64,000 nucleotides of DNA, taken from contig DAHUYN010000009.1 in NCBI GenBank assembly GCA_027315165.1, positions 8,770-72,769 of the forward strand. Reading direction: 5' to 3'. The notes under the pieces were generated by a model. The model saw nothing but the letters and a program-made list of their open reading frames with translations. It was not told the origin of the DNA and searched no databases. Below are positions 27,318 through 36,574 of this stretch, in pieces (the first letter of the stretch is position 1; each line of letters starts with the position of its first letter). Made by a program: the position numbers and the translations under genes. Source of the stretch: Thermoplasmata archaeon (GTDB lineage: Archaea > Thermoplasmatota > Thermoplasmata > Lutacidiplasmatales > UBA184).

Positions 27318-28431
27318 CGCGCGAACCTCCGGCCGGCGACAGGGCGCCGCCGCAGACCCCGCAGTACGCGAACTTCTCCGGAAGGTTCTTGGCGCCGCAG
27401 GACGGGCAGGCCCGTAACGGGGGGCCGTGGAAGTACTCGACCCCGGTGCCTTCCGCGAGCTCCGTCCTTAGCCCCGCGACGTTCGCCTTCCGCTTCTCGA
27501 CGAAGGCGTTCATCCCCTCGAGCGGCTCCCGGTTCGCGAAGTGGAGCGTGAGCCAGTCGCGGGCGTGGCCGATCGTGCTGTGCCAACCGAGCTCCTTCCA
27601 GAAGTTGACCTGCTGCTTCGTGTACCGCAGGCACTCGGGGAACATCCCGAGAAGCCGCTCGGCCAGTCCGTCGACCTCGGCGTCGAGGGGGCCGAGGTCG
27701 AGCGAGTAGCCGTCGCTCCCCTTCGCGGCCGCGGCGATCGCGGCGCTCGTCGGCTCGCTGAGAAGCTCACCGTCGTGGCGGACGCTCGGCGCCACCCGGG
27801 AGACCAGGCCCCACGCGAGGGCCTGCGCCGCGGGGACGCGCTCGTTGAGCAGAAGCATCTGGCGTGCCCGGCGGTCCCCGACCGCGAGGGGCAGCCACTG
27901 GGTCGCGCCACCCGCCGCCACCGAGCCGACACCGACCCCGACCTGGCCGAGGTAGATGTGCGACGCGGCGACCGAGAGATCGCACGCCAGGTGGAGCTCG
28001 TTTCCGCCGCCGACCGTGATCCCGTTGAGGCGCGCGATCGTGGGCTTCCCGCACTTGAGAAGCCCCTCGACAACGCTCTGGAAGTGACCCATGTACTCCC
28101 AGTACTCGTGCGGGCGCCGGGTGTACCGGTGGGCGTACTCCTTGACGTCCCCGCCCGTGCAGAAGGCCCGGGTGCCGGAGCCCGTGAGCACGAGGACACC
28201 CACGCGGTCGTCCCTCGTCGCCTCGCCGATCGCCTGGGCGAGCTCGATGAGCGTCTCCGTCGTGTAGGCGTTCAGGGCGTCGGGACGGTCGAGGGTGATC
28301 CGCGCCACGTGGCCCTTCCTCTCGTAGCGAAGGTCGTGGTAGGCCGAGGTCTTGGAGGTACCGGAACGACCGGTGCCGGTCGGCGAGGCTTCGGGGCGTG
28401 GCGGTCTCGGCCGACCTTCGTTGCGGGCCAT
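27307..28431 (-). CDS. oah: Crotonase-family ring-opening hydrolase, probable 6-oxocyclohex-1-ene-1-carbonyl-CoA hydrolase, with C-terminal zinc ribbon
   Basis: NAYTT, AFCTGGDVKEYA..Y...P.EY..YM, GGGNE, GS.AAGGATQWLP, Oah-type insertion ending DL..LD. Confidence 0.75.
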   Translation of the reverse strand: MARNEGRPRPPRPEASPTGTGRSGTSKTSAYHDLRYERKGHVARITLDRPDALNAYTTETLIELAQAIGEATRDDRVGVLVLTGSGTRAFCTGGDVKEYAHRYTRRPHEYWEYMGHFQSVVEGLLKCGKPTIARLNGITVGGGNELHLACDLSVAASHIYLGQVGVGVGSVAAGGATQWLPLAVGDRRARQMLLLNERVPAAQALAWGLVSRVAPSVRHDGELLSEPTSAAIAAAAKGSDGYSLDLGPLDAEVDGLAERLLGMFPECLRYTKQQVNFWKELGWHSTIGHARDWLTLHFANREPLEGMNAFVEKRKANVAGLRTELAEGTGVEYFHGPPLRACPSCGAKNLPEKFAYCGVCGGALSPAGGSRDAD

Positions 28432-28595
28432 CGGCGTCTCCGGGCCGGCATGCGGCCCGGCGACCAAGCGGCTTACCCCGAACCGGTACGGGGTGGCCCG
28501 GCGCCCGCGCGCGGGGGTCGGGTGGGGGCCCGCGGCGTTGCCGGGGCGCTCGGCCGTGAGATAGTCAGATGAACCCGGGCCGAGTGCGGGCGAGC

Positions 28596-29378
28596 ATGCC
28601 GGTCCGATTCGAGGTCGAGGCGCGGGTCGCCCGGATCACGCTCGACCGACCGGAGGCGCTCAACGCGATCGACCCCGAGATGCAGGAGCAGCTCGTGGCG
28701 GCATGGCGCCGGTTCCGCGACGACGACGGGCTCCACGTCGCGGTCCTCGAGGGCGCCGGACCCAGGGCGTTCTGCGCCGGCGTCGACGTGAAGCGAATGG
28801 GGGAGCTCTATGACGTCGGAGCCGCCTCGAGCCGTCGCGAGCTCTGGAACCGCGCGCCGGGGCTCGGGGGGATCACCCGGAACCTCGACCCCGGCAAGCC
28901 CGTGATCGCGGCGATCCACGGCTTCTGCGTCGGCGGCGGCCTCGAGCTCGCTCTCGCCTGCGACCTCCGCTACGCGAGCGAGGACGCCACCTTCGCCTTT
29001 CCCGAGGTGAAGTGGGCGATCATTCCCGGTCAGGGCGGCACGCAGCGGCTTCCGCGCGTCGTGGCGCCGAACCTCGCCCTCGAGATGATCCTCTCAACGG
29101 AGCCGATCTCGGCCGCGCGGGCCGCTGAGATCGGCCTCGTCAACCGGACCGTGCCGCGTGCGGAGCTTCTCCCCACCGCCCTCGCGATGGCCCACCGTCT
29201 CGCCGAGCTTCCGACCCGTGCGGTCCGGGTCGCGAGGGAGGCGGTGCTGCGGGGGCTCGACCTTCCGCTCTCGGACGCTCTCCGGCTCGAACAGGACCTG
29301 GCCGACCCGCTCCGCGACAGCACGGAGAACCGCGCGGCGCGAGCCCGGTTCGGCGTCAAGGGGCCTCCGCCGAGCTGA
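28596..29378 (+). CDS. Enoyl-CoA hydratase/isomerase
   Basis: AFCAGVD, GGGLELALACD, PEVKW..PGQGGTQRLPR. Both catalytic Glu are present. Confidence 0.9.
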   Translation: MPVRFEVEARVARITLDRPEALNAIDPEMQEQLVAAWRRFRDDDGLHVAVLEGAGPRAFCAGVDVKRMGELYDVGAASSRRELWNRAPGLGGITRNLDPGKPVIAAIHGFCVGGGLELALACDLRYASEDATFAFPEVKWAIIPGQGGTQRLPRVVAPNLALEMILSTEPISAARAAEIGLVNRTVPRAELLPTALAMAHRLAELPTRAVRVAREAVLRGLDLPLSDALRLEQDLADPLRDSTENRAARARFGVKGPPPS

Positions 29379-29421
29379 GAGCGGGACTCGCTCGGAAGCG
29401 AGGGGCCGAGGGTCCCGTCGC

Positions 29422-31041
29422 TCAGCCCGGCGCCCCCGCGTGAGGGCCCGCGGAGGAGGCGGGTCCCGGGGCGCGACGGGAGGCGATCACGTCGTCGATG
29501 CGCAGGATCATCGCGGCGGCCTCGGTCGCTCCCTGGATCGCCTGTCGACCGACCCGGATCGGCTCGACCGCGACCTCGCGCATGTCGGCGATCCGTGCGT
29601 TGAGCACGTCCACGCCCGCATCGCGCTCGCCCGAGGCATGACGTCGCCTCAGCTCGATCAGCGCGTCGAGGGTGCTCATGCCCGCGTTCTCGGCGAGCGT
29701 CGACGGGATCACCTCGAGCGCGTCCGCGAACCGCTCGACGGCGATCTGCTCCCGACCTCCGATGCGGGCGGCGAGGTCGCGGAGCCGGAGGCTGAGCTCG
29801 ATGGCCGCAGCCCCCGCACCGGTGACAACGAGGCCATCCTCGATCGCTCCGCCGACGGTCGACAGCGCGTCGACGAGCGAGCGCTCGACCTCGGCGAGGA
29901 CGTGCTCCGAGCCACCGCGAAGGAGCAGGGAGACGGACCGGGCCCCTTCGCAGCCGGTCACGAACGTGAGCCGGTCCTCACCGATGTGCCTCTCCTCGAC
30001 GCGCGCGGCGGTCCCGAGGTCGCTCGACCGGAGCTCCTCGGGCCGCGAGACGATCTCGGCGCCGGTCGCCTTGGCGAGCAGTTCGAGGTCCGCTCGCTTC
30101 GCCCGTCGGACGGCGTAGATACCGGCCCGGGCGAAGTGCTCGGCCGCGAGGTCGTCGATCCCCTTCTCGGCGACGAGCACGTTGGCTCCGGTGCGCCGCA
30201 CCGAGTCGACCATCTCGGCGACGAGGCGCTCCTCCTCGCTCAGGAACGACTGCATCTGGTCCGGCGCGGTGATCCGGATCTCGGCACTGAGTTCCGTCTT
30301 TCGCACCTCGACGGCCCCGGCGAGCAGCGCGAGGTGGGCGGGCGCGACCGTCCGCGGCATCGCGCTGTGCGCTACCTCGAGCTCGAGGATGTGCCCTTCG
30401 AGGAGTTCGCTGTGGGAGATGTCCCCGCCGGTCCGACGGACGATCTGGACGTTCCGCTTGTCGAACGTGAAACGACCCTCGTGCTCCTCGAGCACCGCCT
30501 CGACGGCGCCGACCGCGAGGTCGGCGAGCTGCTCGCGGTAGGAGGCGACCCCCTTCGAGATCATCGACGTCATGGCGATCCGGCGCAGAAGGTCGCGGTC
30601 GCCCCGGTGGACGGGACGCCCTACCTCGCGGAGCTGCTCGATCGCTCGCTGGGCCGCGAGCCGGTAGCCCTGTGTGATCACCGTCGGATGGATATGCTCC
30701 TCGAGCAGCTCCTCGGCCTTGTGGAGGAGCTCGCCGGCCAGGATGACGGAGGTCTTGGTCCCGTCGCCGCATTCGAGGTCCTGCGACTTCGCGAGCTCGG
30801 CGAGCATCTTCGCCGCCGGGTGCTGGATCTCCATCTCCTGGACGATCGTCGCGCCGTCGTTCGTGATCACGACGTCGCCGGCCGAGTCGACGAGCATCTT
30901 GTCCATTCCCTTGGGGCCGAGCGTGGAGCGGATCGACTCGGCGAGGGCGCGCGCCGCGCGTATGTTCTCTCGTTGGGCGTCCTTCCCTTCGGCTCGCTCC
31001 GTTCCTTCCCGGAGCAGGAGCACCGGCGTTCCCGCGAGCAT
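29422..31041 (-). CDS. ths: Thermosome (group II chaperonin) subunit
   Basis: [31 protein letters not shown]. Confidence 0.95.
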   Translation of the reverse strand: MLAGTPVLLLREGTERAEGKDAQRENIRAARALAESIRSTLGPKGMDKMLVDSAGDVVITNDGATIVQEMEIQHPAAKMLAELAKSQDLECGDGTKTSVILAGELLHKAEELLEEHIHPTVITQGYRLAAQRAIEQLREVGRPVHRGDRDLLRRIAMTSMISKGVASYREQLADLAVGAVEAVLEEHEGRFTFDKRNVQIVRRTGGDISHSELLEGHILELEVAHSAMPRTVAPAHLALLAGAVEVRKTELSAEIRITAPDQMQSFLSEEERLVAEMVDSVRRTGANVLVAEKGIDDLAAEHFARAGIYAVRRAKRADLELLAKATGAEIVSRPEELRSSDLGTAARVEERHIGEDRLTFVTGCEGARSVSLLLRGGSEHVLAEVERSLVDALSTVGGAIEDGLVVTGAGAAAIELSLRLRDLAARIGGREQIAVERFADALEVIPSTLAENAGMSTLDALIELRRRHASGERDAGVDVLNARIADMREVAVEPIRVGRQAIQGATEAAAMILRIDDVIASRRAPGPASSAGPHAGAPG

Positions 31042-31413
31042 CGTCTCCCTCCTCCTGGAGGACGCGCGTCACACCATAGGCGTCGGGTGAAGTCGGCTTG
31101 ACCCGGGATCCCGCGTGGCCCGGGACCTGCGCTATGGCCCCGGGATCGGACTCGAGGTCCTCCGTGCCGACCCAGGGATCCGAGCCGGTACGGAGCTCGC
31201 CCTCACACCGGTCCCCGACCGACCCTTGCCGAGGCAGAAATCCACCGTCCCTATCGCGCGCGAGCCGTGCGCATGGTAGCGAAGACGGCTTGAGCCCCCT
31301 GCTTGTGCGTGGCGCGCCACCATGCCTCGGGCCGCAGCACGCTTCCGACCTACCGACAGGCCGTGCCGGGCCCCCGGTGCCTCACGTCGCCCGACGGCGA
31401 ACGGGGGGGAGGG

Positions 31414-33003
31414 ATGACCTCTCGGGGACGGGTGCTCGTCCTCGACGGGGAGTCCGGAGAGAGCGCTCTGGCCGTCGTGCGCTCGCTGGGCCGCAGGGGG
31501 TACGAGGTCGAGCTCGGGTTCTCGGAGGGCGCGCCACGCCGGGCCGCGGTCTCTCGATACGTCGCTCGGGCGCGCATCTACCCGGAGGCGACGCATGCGA
31601 CCGAGCGGTTCCACGAGACGCTCCTGCGCTGGGCGCCGACGGTCGGGGCCGTGATCCCGATCAAGGAGCCCACGCTCCTCGCGACGGCCTCGATCCGCAG
31701 CGAGCTCGAGTCGGCAGGAGCTCGTGTGCCGATCGCCGACCACGACACGCTCCGGACCGCGACGGACAAGGTCGCGATGCTCGAGCTCGCCCGGCGGGCG
31801 GGGCTCCGGGTGCCCCGATCCCGAATCGTGGCGAGCCTCGAGGCCGCGCGCGGGGCCTCCGGAGAGCTCGGGGTCCCCGTCGTGATGAAGTCGTCCACGG
31901 AGATCGGACTCCTGCCCGTCGAGCGTCACTTCCTCGTCTCCGACCTGGCGTCACCGACGTTCGTGACGGAGTTCGACCGGCTCTCTCGGTTCGGGCCGGT
32001 GGTCCTCCAGGAGTACATCGTCGGTCAGGGGGCGGGGATCGCCCTGCTCTACAACCGTCGCTCGGAGCTCCTCGCGTACTCTGGGCACCGGAGGAGGTTC
32101 GAGCAGATCTCCGACGGAGGTCCGAGCGTTCTCGCGCGCACCGACGTGCACGCGGAGGCGCTCGTCCAGTCACGTCGCCTCCTCGAGTCCCTGCCGTGGC
32201 AGGGGCTCGCCCTGGTCGAGTTCCGGATCGACGGTGCGGGGCGACCCGTGTACATGGAGGTGAATCCGCGGGTCTGGGGGACGCTCCCCCTCGCCGTGGA
32301 CTCCGGGGTGGATTTTCCGAGCCTCCTGCTCGAACGGTTCGACGGGCCCGCCCCGCCGGTCCCGCTCGGTCCCCGGCGTCGTCGGGGATACCTCTCCCTC
32401 GAGGCGCTCATCACGTCGCGTGGTGCCCCGCGTGAGAAGCGCCCGCGCCTGAGCCGCTTCCTTCTCGAGCTCGCACGGAGCTCCCGGGGCCTGTCGGTGC
32501 GGGAGTTCCAGGGACACGACCCTGCCCCGATGGTCGAGGAGTTCTTCCACGTCCTCCGGGCGCGTGCGACGCAGGGCCGGGTGGCGCGCGTAGACCGCCT
32601 GCTCTTCGGCCCGCCGGTCGACTACGCCGACCTCTACCGACGGGGCGTGCGCACCGTCGTCGACCTGCGGGAGCCACGTGAGGTCGGCTCGAGGCCCCTA
32701 CCGGTCCCGCCGGGGCTCACACGTCGGGCCTTTCCGATCGTCGACGACACGGGGGTCCCGCCCGAACGGTTCCGCGAGCTGATCGAGACGCTCTCGCGCG
32801 CCCTCCGCGAAGGCGGGGTCTACGTGCACTGCCGGCAGGGAAAGGGCCGCGCCCCGATGACGGCCGTCGGCTGGCTCGTCTCAAACGGCGTCGGTCTCGA
32901 GGAGGCGTTCGACCAGGTCTACCGAGCCCGCCCGTTCTCCTATCTCAACGCCGTCCAGCGGAACTCCGTCGTCGAGCTGGCGGGGTCGTTGCGCCCCGAC
33001 TAG
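31414..33003 (+). CDS. ATP-grasp ligase fused to a dual-specificity/tyrosine phosphatase domain
   Basis: VLVLDG...ALAVVRSLG, DK, PVVMK, QEYI, EF, MEVNPRVWG. C-terminal VHCRQGKGRA (HCX5R). Confidence 0.85.
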   Translation: MTSRGRVLVLDGESGESALAVVRSLGRRGYEVELGFSEGAPRRAAVSRYVARARIYPEATHATERFHETLLRWAPTVGAVIPIKEPTLLATASIRSELESAGARVPIADHDTLRTATDKVAMLELARRAGLRVPRSRIVASLEAARGASGELGVPVVMKSSTEIGLLPVERHFLVSDLASPTFVTEFDRLSRFGPVVLQEYIVGQGAGIALLYNRRSELLAYSGHRRRFEQISDGGPSVLARTDVHAEALVQSRRLLESLPWQGLALVEFRIDGAGRPVYMEVNPRVWGTLPLAVDSGVDFPSLLLERFDGPAPPVPLGPRRRRGYLSLEALITSRGAPREKRPRLSRFLLELARSSRGLSVREFQGHDPAPMVEEFFHVLRARATQGRVARVDRLLFGPPVDYADLYRRGVRTVVDLREPREVGSRPLPVPPGLTRRAFPIVDDTGVPPERFRELIETLSRALREGGVYVHCRQGKGRAPMTAVGWLVSNGVGLEEAFDQVYRARPFSYLNAVQRNSVVELAGSLRPD

Positions 33004-33116
33004 GGGAGCGCCGGGGAGGGTCCGGTCGGGGACACACGGACCCCCGGTACGGCCTTCGGGGCTCGTCAACCCGGTTCGATGGCGTCGGTTAACCCCCGCA
33101 GGGGAAGTACGAATTC

Positions 33117-33647
33117 ATGGTCCTTGGGCCCCTCGAGTCCGCCTGGGTGGTCCCGGCGGCGCTGGCCGCGTGCGGGCTCCTCTTCCTCGGCGACGCGGCC
33201 GTCGAGGGAGGGCCGCGGAGGCACACGCTCGAGACGTTCGCGCTGAACTTCCTCTCGTTGCCGGTCGGAGGGTTCACGCTCTTCATCGGCGCCCTCGACT
33301 GGTACGCGGACGGCTCGCTCACGCTCTTCTCCGGGAGCGCGGTCGCGGTCGGCGCCGTGCTGGCCGGGCGGTCGCTCCGCGAGATCCCGTGGACCGGCTT
33401 CGCGAGCCTCGCCGCCGCGGCCGTGGCGGGCTGGTACCTCGTGCAGCACTCCGCTGGGTCGCTCCCTCTCCCGGGCATCCTCGCCGTGAGCGCCCTCGTC
33501 TTCCTGATCGTCTTCGGCCTGCTCTATCTCATCGAGCTCCCGTTACGGCTTGCCGGTCTGCTCGCCCTGCCGAGGCCGCTCCTCCTCGCGTTCGGCGTCG
33601 CCACGCTCGGCCTTGCCGGGTACTTCGCCCTCCTCGGCATCAACTAA
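33117..33647 (+). CDS. Hypothetical multi-TM membrane protein
   Basis: Strongly hydrophobic 176-aa ORF with host-like codon usage. Confidence 0.7.
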   Translation: MVLGPLESAWVVPAALAACGLLFLGDAAVEGGPRRHTLETFALNFLSLPVGGFTLFIGALDWYADGSLTLFSGSAVAVGAVLAGRSLREIPWTGFASLAAAAVAGWYLVQHSAGSLPLPGILAVSALVFLIVFGLLYLIELPLRLAGLLALPRPLLLAFGVATLGLAGYFALLGIN

Positions 33648-33778
33648 GCGAGCGGTCCGGTCAGCGGCGCACGGCCGGAGACGCCCCGCCGCCTTCTCGA
33701 GGAGGCCGCCGGGCCGCTCCCCTCGTCAAGGCGTACGCGGCCGCCGTCGGGTCGCCGAACGGGACCCCAGCGTCGCGC

Positions 33779-34291
33779 TCACGGGCGGGCGCCGCACCTG
33801 TCGCACCGGCCGCTGGCGGCATCGTAGAGGCCGCCGCAATAGCGGCACGGGAGCATCACCTTCGGAGCCGGCGGAGCGGCCACGTGGATGACGACGGGAG
33901 CCGCAGGGTTGCCCGCGACGGGAGGTCCCGGGACCCGCGGGCTTTCGGGGGGCGGCGGCGGAGCCGGTGGCGGGGGCAACGAGCTTCGGGCGCGCACGAT
34001 CGCATCGGCCCAGCCCCGGCCGTTCACGACCTCGAACAGAGAACGGCCGTAGTGCGTCTCGACGGTGAGGAACTCGCGCGAAGGCGTGAGGAACCGGCCG
34101 GGCTGACGGCCGATGTGCACGTTCCAGACGCGCTCGACCCCGACGTCGATCACCGTGAACGGAGCGATGCCCCCGGCCTCGAAGACGAGTCGGTGCGTCG
34201 TCACAGAGAGCGTCCCCGGCGTCACCCGCGCTCCCGCGAGCAGGGTCGCCGCCCCCTGAACGATGACGGTCTCCTGCGGGTAGAGGATCAT
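33779..34291 (-). CDS. PH/GRAM-like domain protein with Pro-rich linker and C-terminal zinc ribbon
   Basis: GTLSVTTHRLVFE (PH/GRAM-like), poly-Pro tract, CRYCG...CDRCG. Confidence 0.7.
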   Translation of the reverse strand: MILYPQETVIVQGAATLLAGARVTPGTLSVTTHRLVFEAGGIAPFTVIDVGVERVWNVHIGRQPGRFLTPSREFLTVETHYGRSLFEVVNGRGWADAIVRARSSLPPPPAPPPPPESPRVPGPPVAGNPAAPVVIHVAAPPAPKVMLPCRYCGGLYDAASGRCDRCGARP

Positions 34292-34569
34292 CGCCGTCGC
34301 CGCATCGTGGGTCGGTCTATCAAGCCTTCTTCGCCGCCGGAAGGAGGCCGGCGACACCCGCTCGGGAAGGCCGACCGCCCGAGCCTCCGATTCCGAGGCC
34401 GGGGCCCCATGCATTCTCGCGGGCCGAGCTCGCCGAGGCGGCCGCGGGGGAGTCGACGGGACCCGGCGCGTCCGGGCGACTCGAGGAGGACCGGCTCCGC
34501 CGGCACGAGCGGGCCCGGCCGAGAGCTATCCCAGGTGACGTGAAGCTCGAGAGAGCCTTCGGGGACCGG

Positions 34570-35388
34570 ATGCCGCCACGGTCGACGCCGTTCCACACGA
34601 CGACCGTCGTCGTGGTGCTGCTCGTGCTATCGACCTCGGTCGGGTTCCTCGCCGACTCGGCGGTCCGGCCCGCCCCCATATGCCCGACGCGCATCGGCAC
34701 CGCGACCTGCGCTGCTCTCCCGCTCAATCCCCGGTACGACTCGCGCACGGTGACGATCCCCGCGAACAGCACCGGGTGGGGGCCGCTCTCCGTGCTCGGA
34801 TTCGAGGCCGTCCAGTTCCGTCTGTGGCTCGCGAGCCCGTCGGCGTACCTGCGCCTCGTCCAGGGGACCGCAAGCGAACCCGACGGCCCCGAGTTGGCGT
34901 TCGCCGTGTTCGCGAGCAACAACTCTCTCACCGAGGACCCCTCGAACGACACCTCGCGGGCCTGGTTCTCGCCCGACGGCGTCTTCGGTGTGGCCTGGGT
35001 CGGCGAAAGCGGCCCTCTCGTGACGGTCCGCCTGTACGTCGCGGACCCGATGGTCCGCTACGGAGCCGAGAGCGTATCGCTCGTCCCGACCCCGTTCGGC
35101 GCGGCCGTGCCCGGGCGGATCCTGTTCCTCGGTGTCGTGTTCCAACTGGGCGAGTCGAACCTCCCTCCACCGACGGGACCGACGCGCACCGCGACGGTCG
35201 AGCTCCCCAACGGGACCTTCTACGAGCTCAGTCTGTGGGCCGGCCCGAGGACCGCGTGCGAGAACTTCCTCGGACCCGACGACCTGTTCGGCTCCGCCTC
35301 CTGCCTCGAGAGCGTGTCGACCGGGTACGAGGCGGGCGTCGTGTGGACCGGGCCTCTCACCGCGACCCTCCTGGTCGGGACCCCGTAG
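34570..35388 (+). CDS. Hypothetical secreted or membrane-anchored protein
   Basis: N-terminal hydrophobic segment, N-glycosylation sequons, and apparent internal duplication. Confidence 0.6.
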   Translation: MPPRSTPFHTTTVVVVLLVLSTSVGFLADSAVRPAPICPTRIGTATCAALPLNPRYDSRTVTIPANSTGWGPLSVLGFEAVQFRLWLASPSAYLRLVQGTASEPDGPELAFAVFASNNSLTEDPSNDTSRAWFSPDGVFGVAWVGESGPLVTVRLYVADPMVRYGAESVSLVPTPFGAAVPGRILFLGVVFQLGESNLPPPTGPTRTATVELPNGTFYELSLWAGPRTACENFLGPDDLFGSASCLESVSTGYEAGVVWTGPLTATLLVGTP

Positions 35389-36086
35389 AGCGCCGGCCCT
35401 CCGTGCCCCGCGCGTCCTCCACGACGGCGACCTCGGCGAGAAGGCGTCGCATAGGACGACGCGCTCGTCGAGAGGACCTCCTCGACGACGATCTTCACCG
35501 CGTCCCTCGGGATCCCCGCGGACCGGGCCACAATGGAGCGGACCCGCTCCTCGTCGGTCGCGATCCCGGCGCGAGCGAGAGCGTCGAGGACTACCTTGCG
35601 AAGCGCGGCGGAGCCGACCGGGGAGAATTCGAGGAGGGTGCATCGCGAGCGGATCGGGGGAGTGATCGCGCCGAGGTCGTTGCACGCGAGGAGGAACAGT
35701 GTCGTCCCGGCCTCCATCGCCGGTCGCATGGCGCTCTGGACCTCGGGGCTGAGCGCGTCGGCCTCGTCAAAGAAGAAGACGCGGAACGGGGCCCGACGGC
35801 TCGGACGCTGGATCGCGAGCGGGAGGACCTGACCGAGCATTCGAGCTAGGCCGCGGTCGTCCGAGGCGTCGAGGCGGTGGAAGCTGTTCTCCCAGTCGTC
35901 GCCGAGCAGGGCCCGACCGAAGGCCCGCGCTGCCGTAGTTTTTCCGACCCCGGGCGGGCCGTGCAGGAGCAGGTTCGGGGGCACGATGCGGCCGGCCCGC
36001 ACGGCGGCAACGAGCCGACCCAGCCGCTCGAGGGCAGCCTCCTGTCCCGCGATCCCCTCAAGGGTCGTGGGCCTCAGGTCCTCCAT
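35220..36086 (-). CDS. Replication factor C small subunit-like AAA+ ATPase lacking the C-terminal domain
   Basis: EDLRPTTLEGIAGQ, GPPGVGKT, DASDDRG, DEADAL, IRSRC. The 3' end overlaps the opposite gene. Confidence 0.72.
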   Translation of the reverse strand: MEDLRPTTLEGIAGQEAALERLGRLVAAVRAGRIVPPNLLLHGPPGVGKTTAARAFGRALLGDDWENSFHRLDASDDRGLARMLGQVLPLAIQRPSRRAPFRVFFFDEADALSPEVQSAMRPAMEAGTTLFLLACNDLGAITPPIRSRCTLLEFSPVGSAALRKVVLDALARAGIATDEERVRSIVARSAGIPRDAVKIVVEEVLSTSASSYATPSRRGRRRGGRAGHGGPALYGVPTRRVAVRGPVHTTPASYPVDTLSRQEAEPNRSSGPRKFSHAVLGPAHRLSS

Positions 36087-36219
36087 CGAGAGGGGCCGGG
36101 CCCGCCGCACGTCCACGCCCTAGACGTTCGAGCGCTGGCGATATCTAGGTTTCCCACGCCGCATCGAGGCTACGGTGCCCCGACAGGTCGGGCCCCCGGG
36201 TGCCGCGGACGGCGGGCGA

Positions 36220-36242
36220 GGCGGGCCCGGATCGGGCCCGCC
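36220..36242. terminator. GC hairpin downstream of the zinc-ribbon gene
   Basis: GGCGGGCCCG-GAT-CGGGCCCGCC, a 10-bp stem. Confidence 0.4.
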
Positions 36243-36260
36243 CGAAGAGGGTCGTCGTCG

Positions 36261-36491
36261 TTACGACTTCTTCTCCTCGTCGGAGTGCTTGAACTCCTTC
36301 TTGGCCGTCGCGCCGACGGCCTTGACGCCGCCCCAGAGGCTCTTGCCGACCTTCTCCGCCACGACCCCCGTCTCCTTCGCGACGTGGACCGTCTCCCCGG
36401 CGGCCCGTCGACCGAGACCTACCTCGCGCCCGCAGCCCGTGCAGGTCTTCGCACTCTCGGCGAGCTCCGCTCCGCACCCTTCGCACTTCAT
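36261..36491 (-). CDS. Small zinc-ribbon protein
   Basis: MKCEGCG...AKTCTGCG followed by a Lys-rich helical tail. Confidence 0.75.
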   Translation of the reverse strand: MKCEGCGAELAESAKTCTGCGREVGLGRRAAGETVHVAKETGVVAEKVGKSLWGGVKAVGATAKKEFKHSDEEKKS

Positions 36492-36574
36492 CGTCGTACG
36501 GACCTCACCCGGCGAAGGCCGTTTCGAAGGTTAATACCTGCCGCGACGGCCCGCGGCCCCCCTCGCGCCCGAGA

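Noticed and set aside
27307-28431. MenB (naphthoate synthase) call
   Set aside because: The length, the Oah-type insertion, the EYA..Y...P.EY..YM motif and the context favour Oah. No men genes are nearby.
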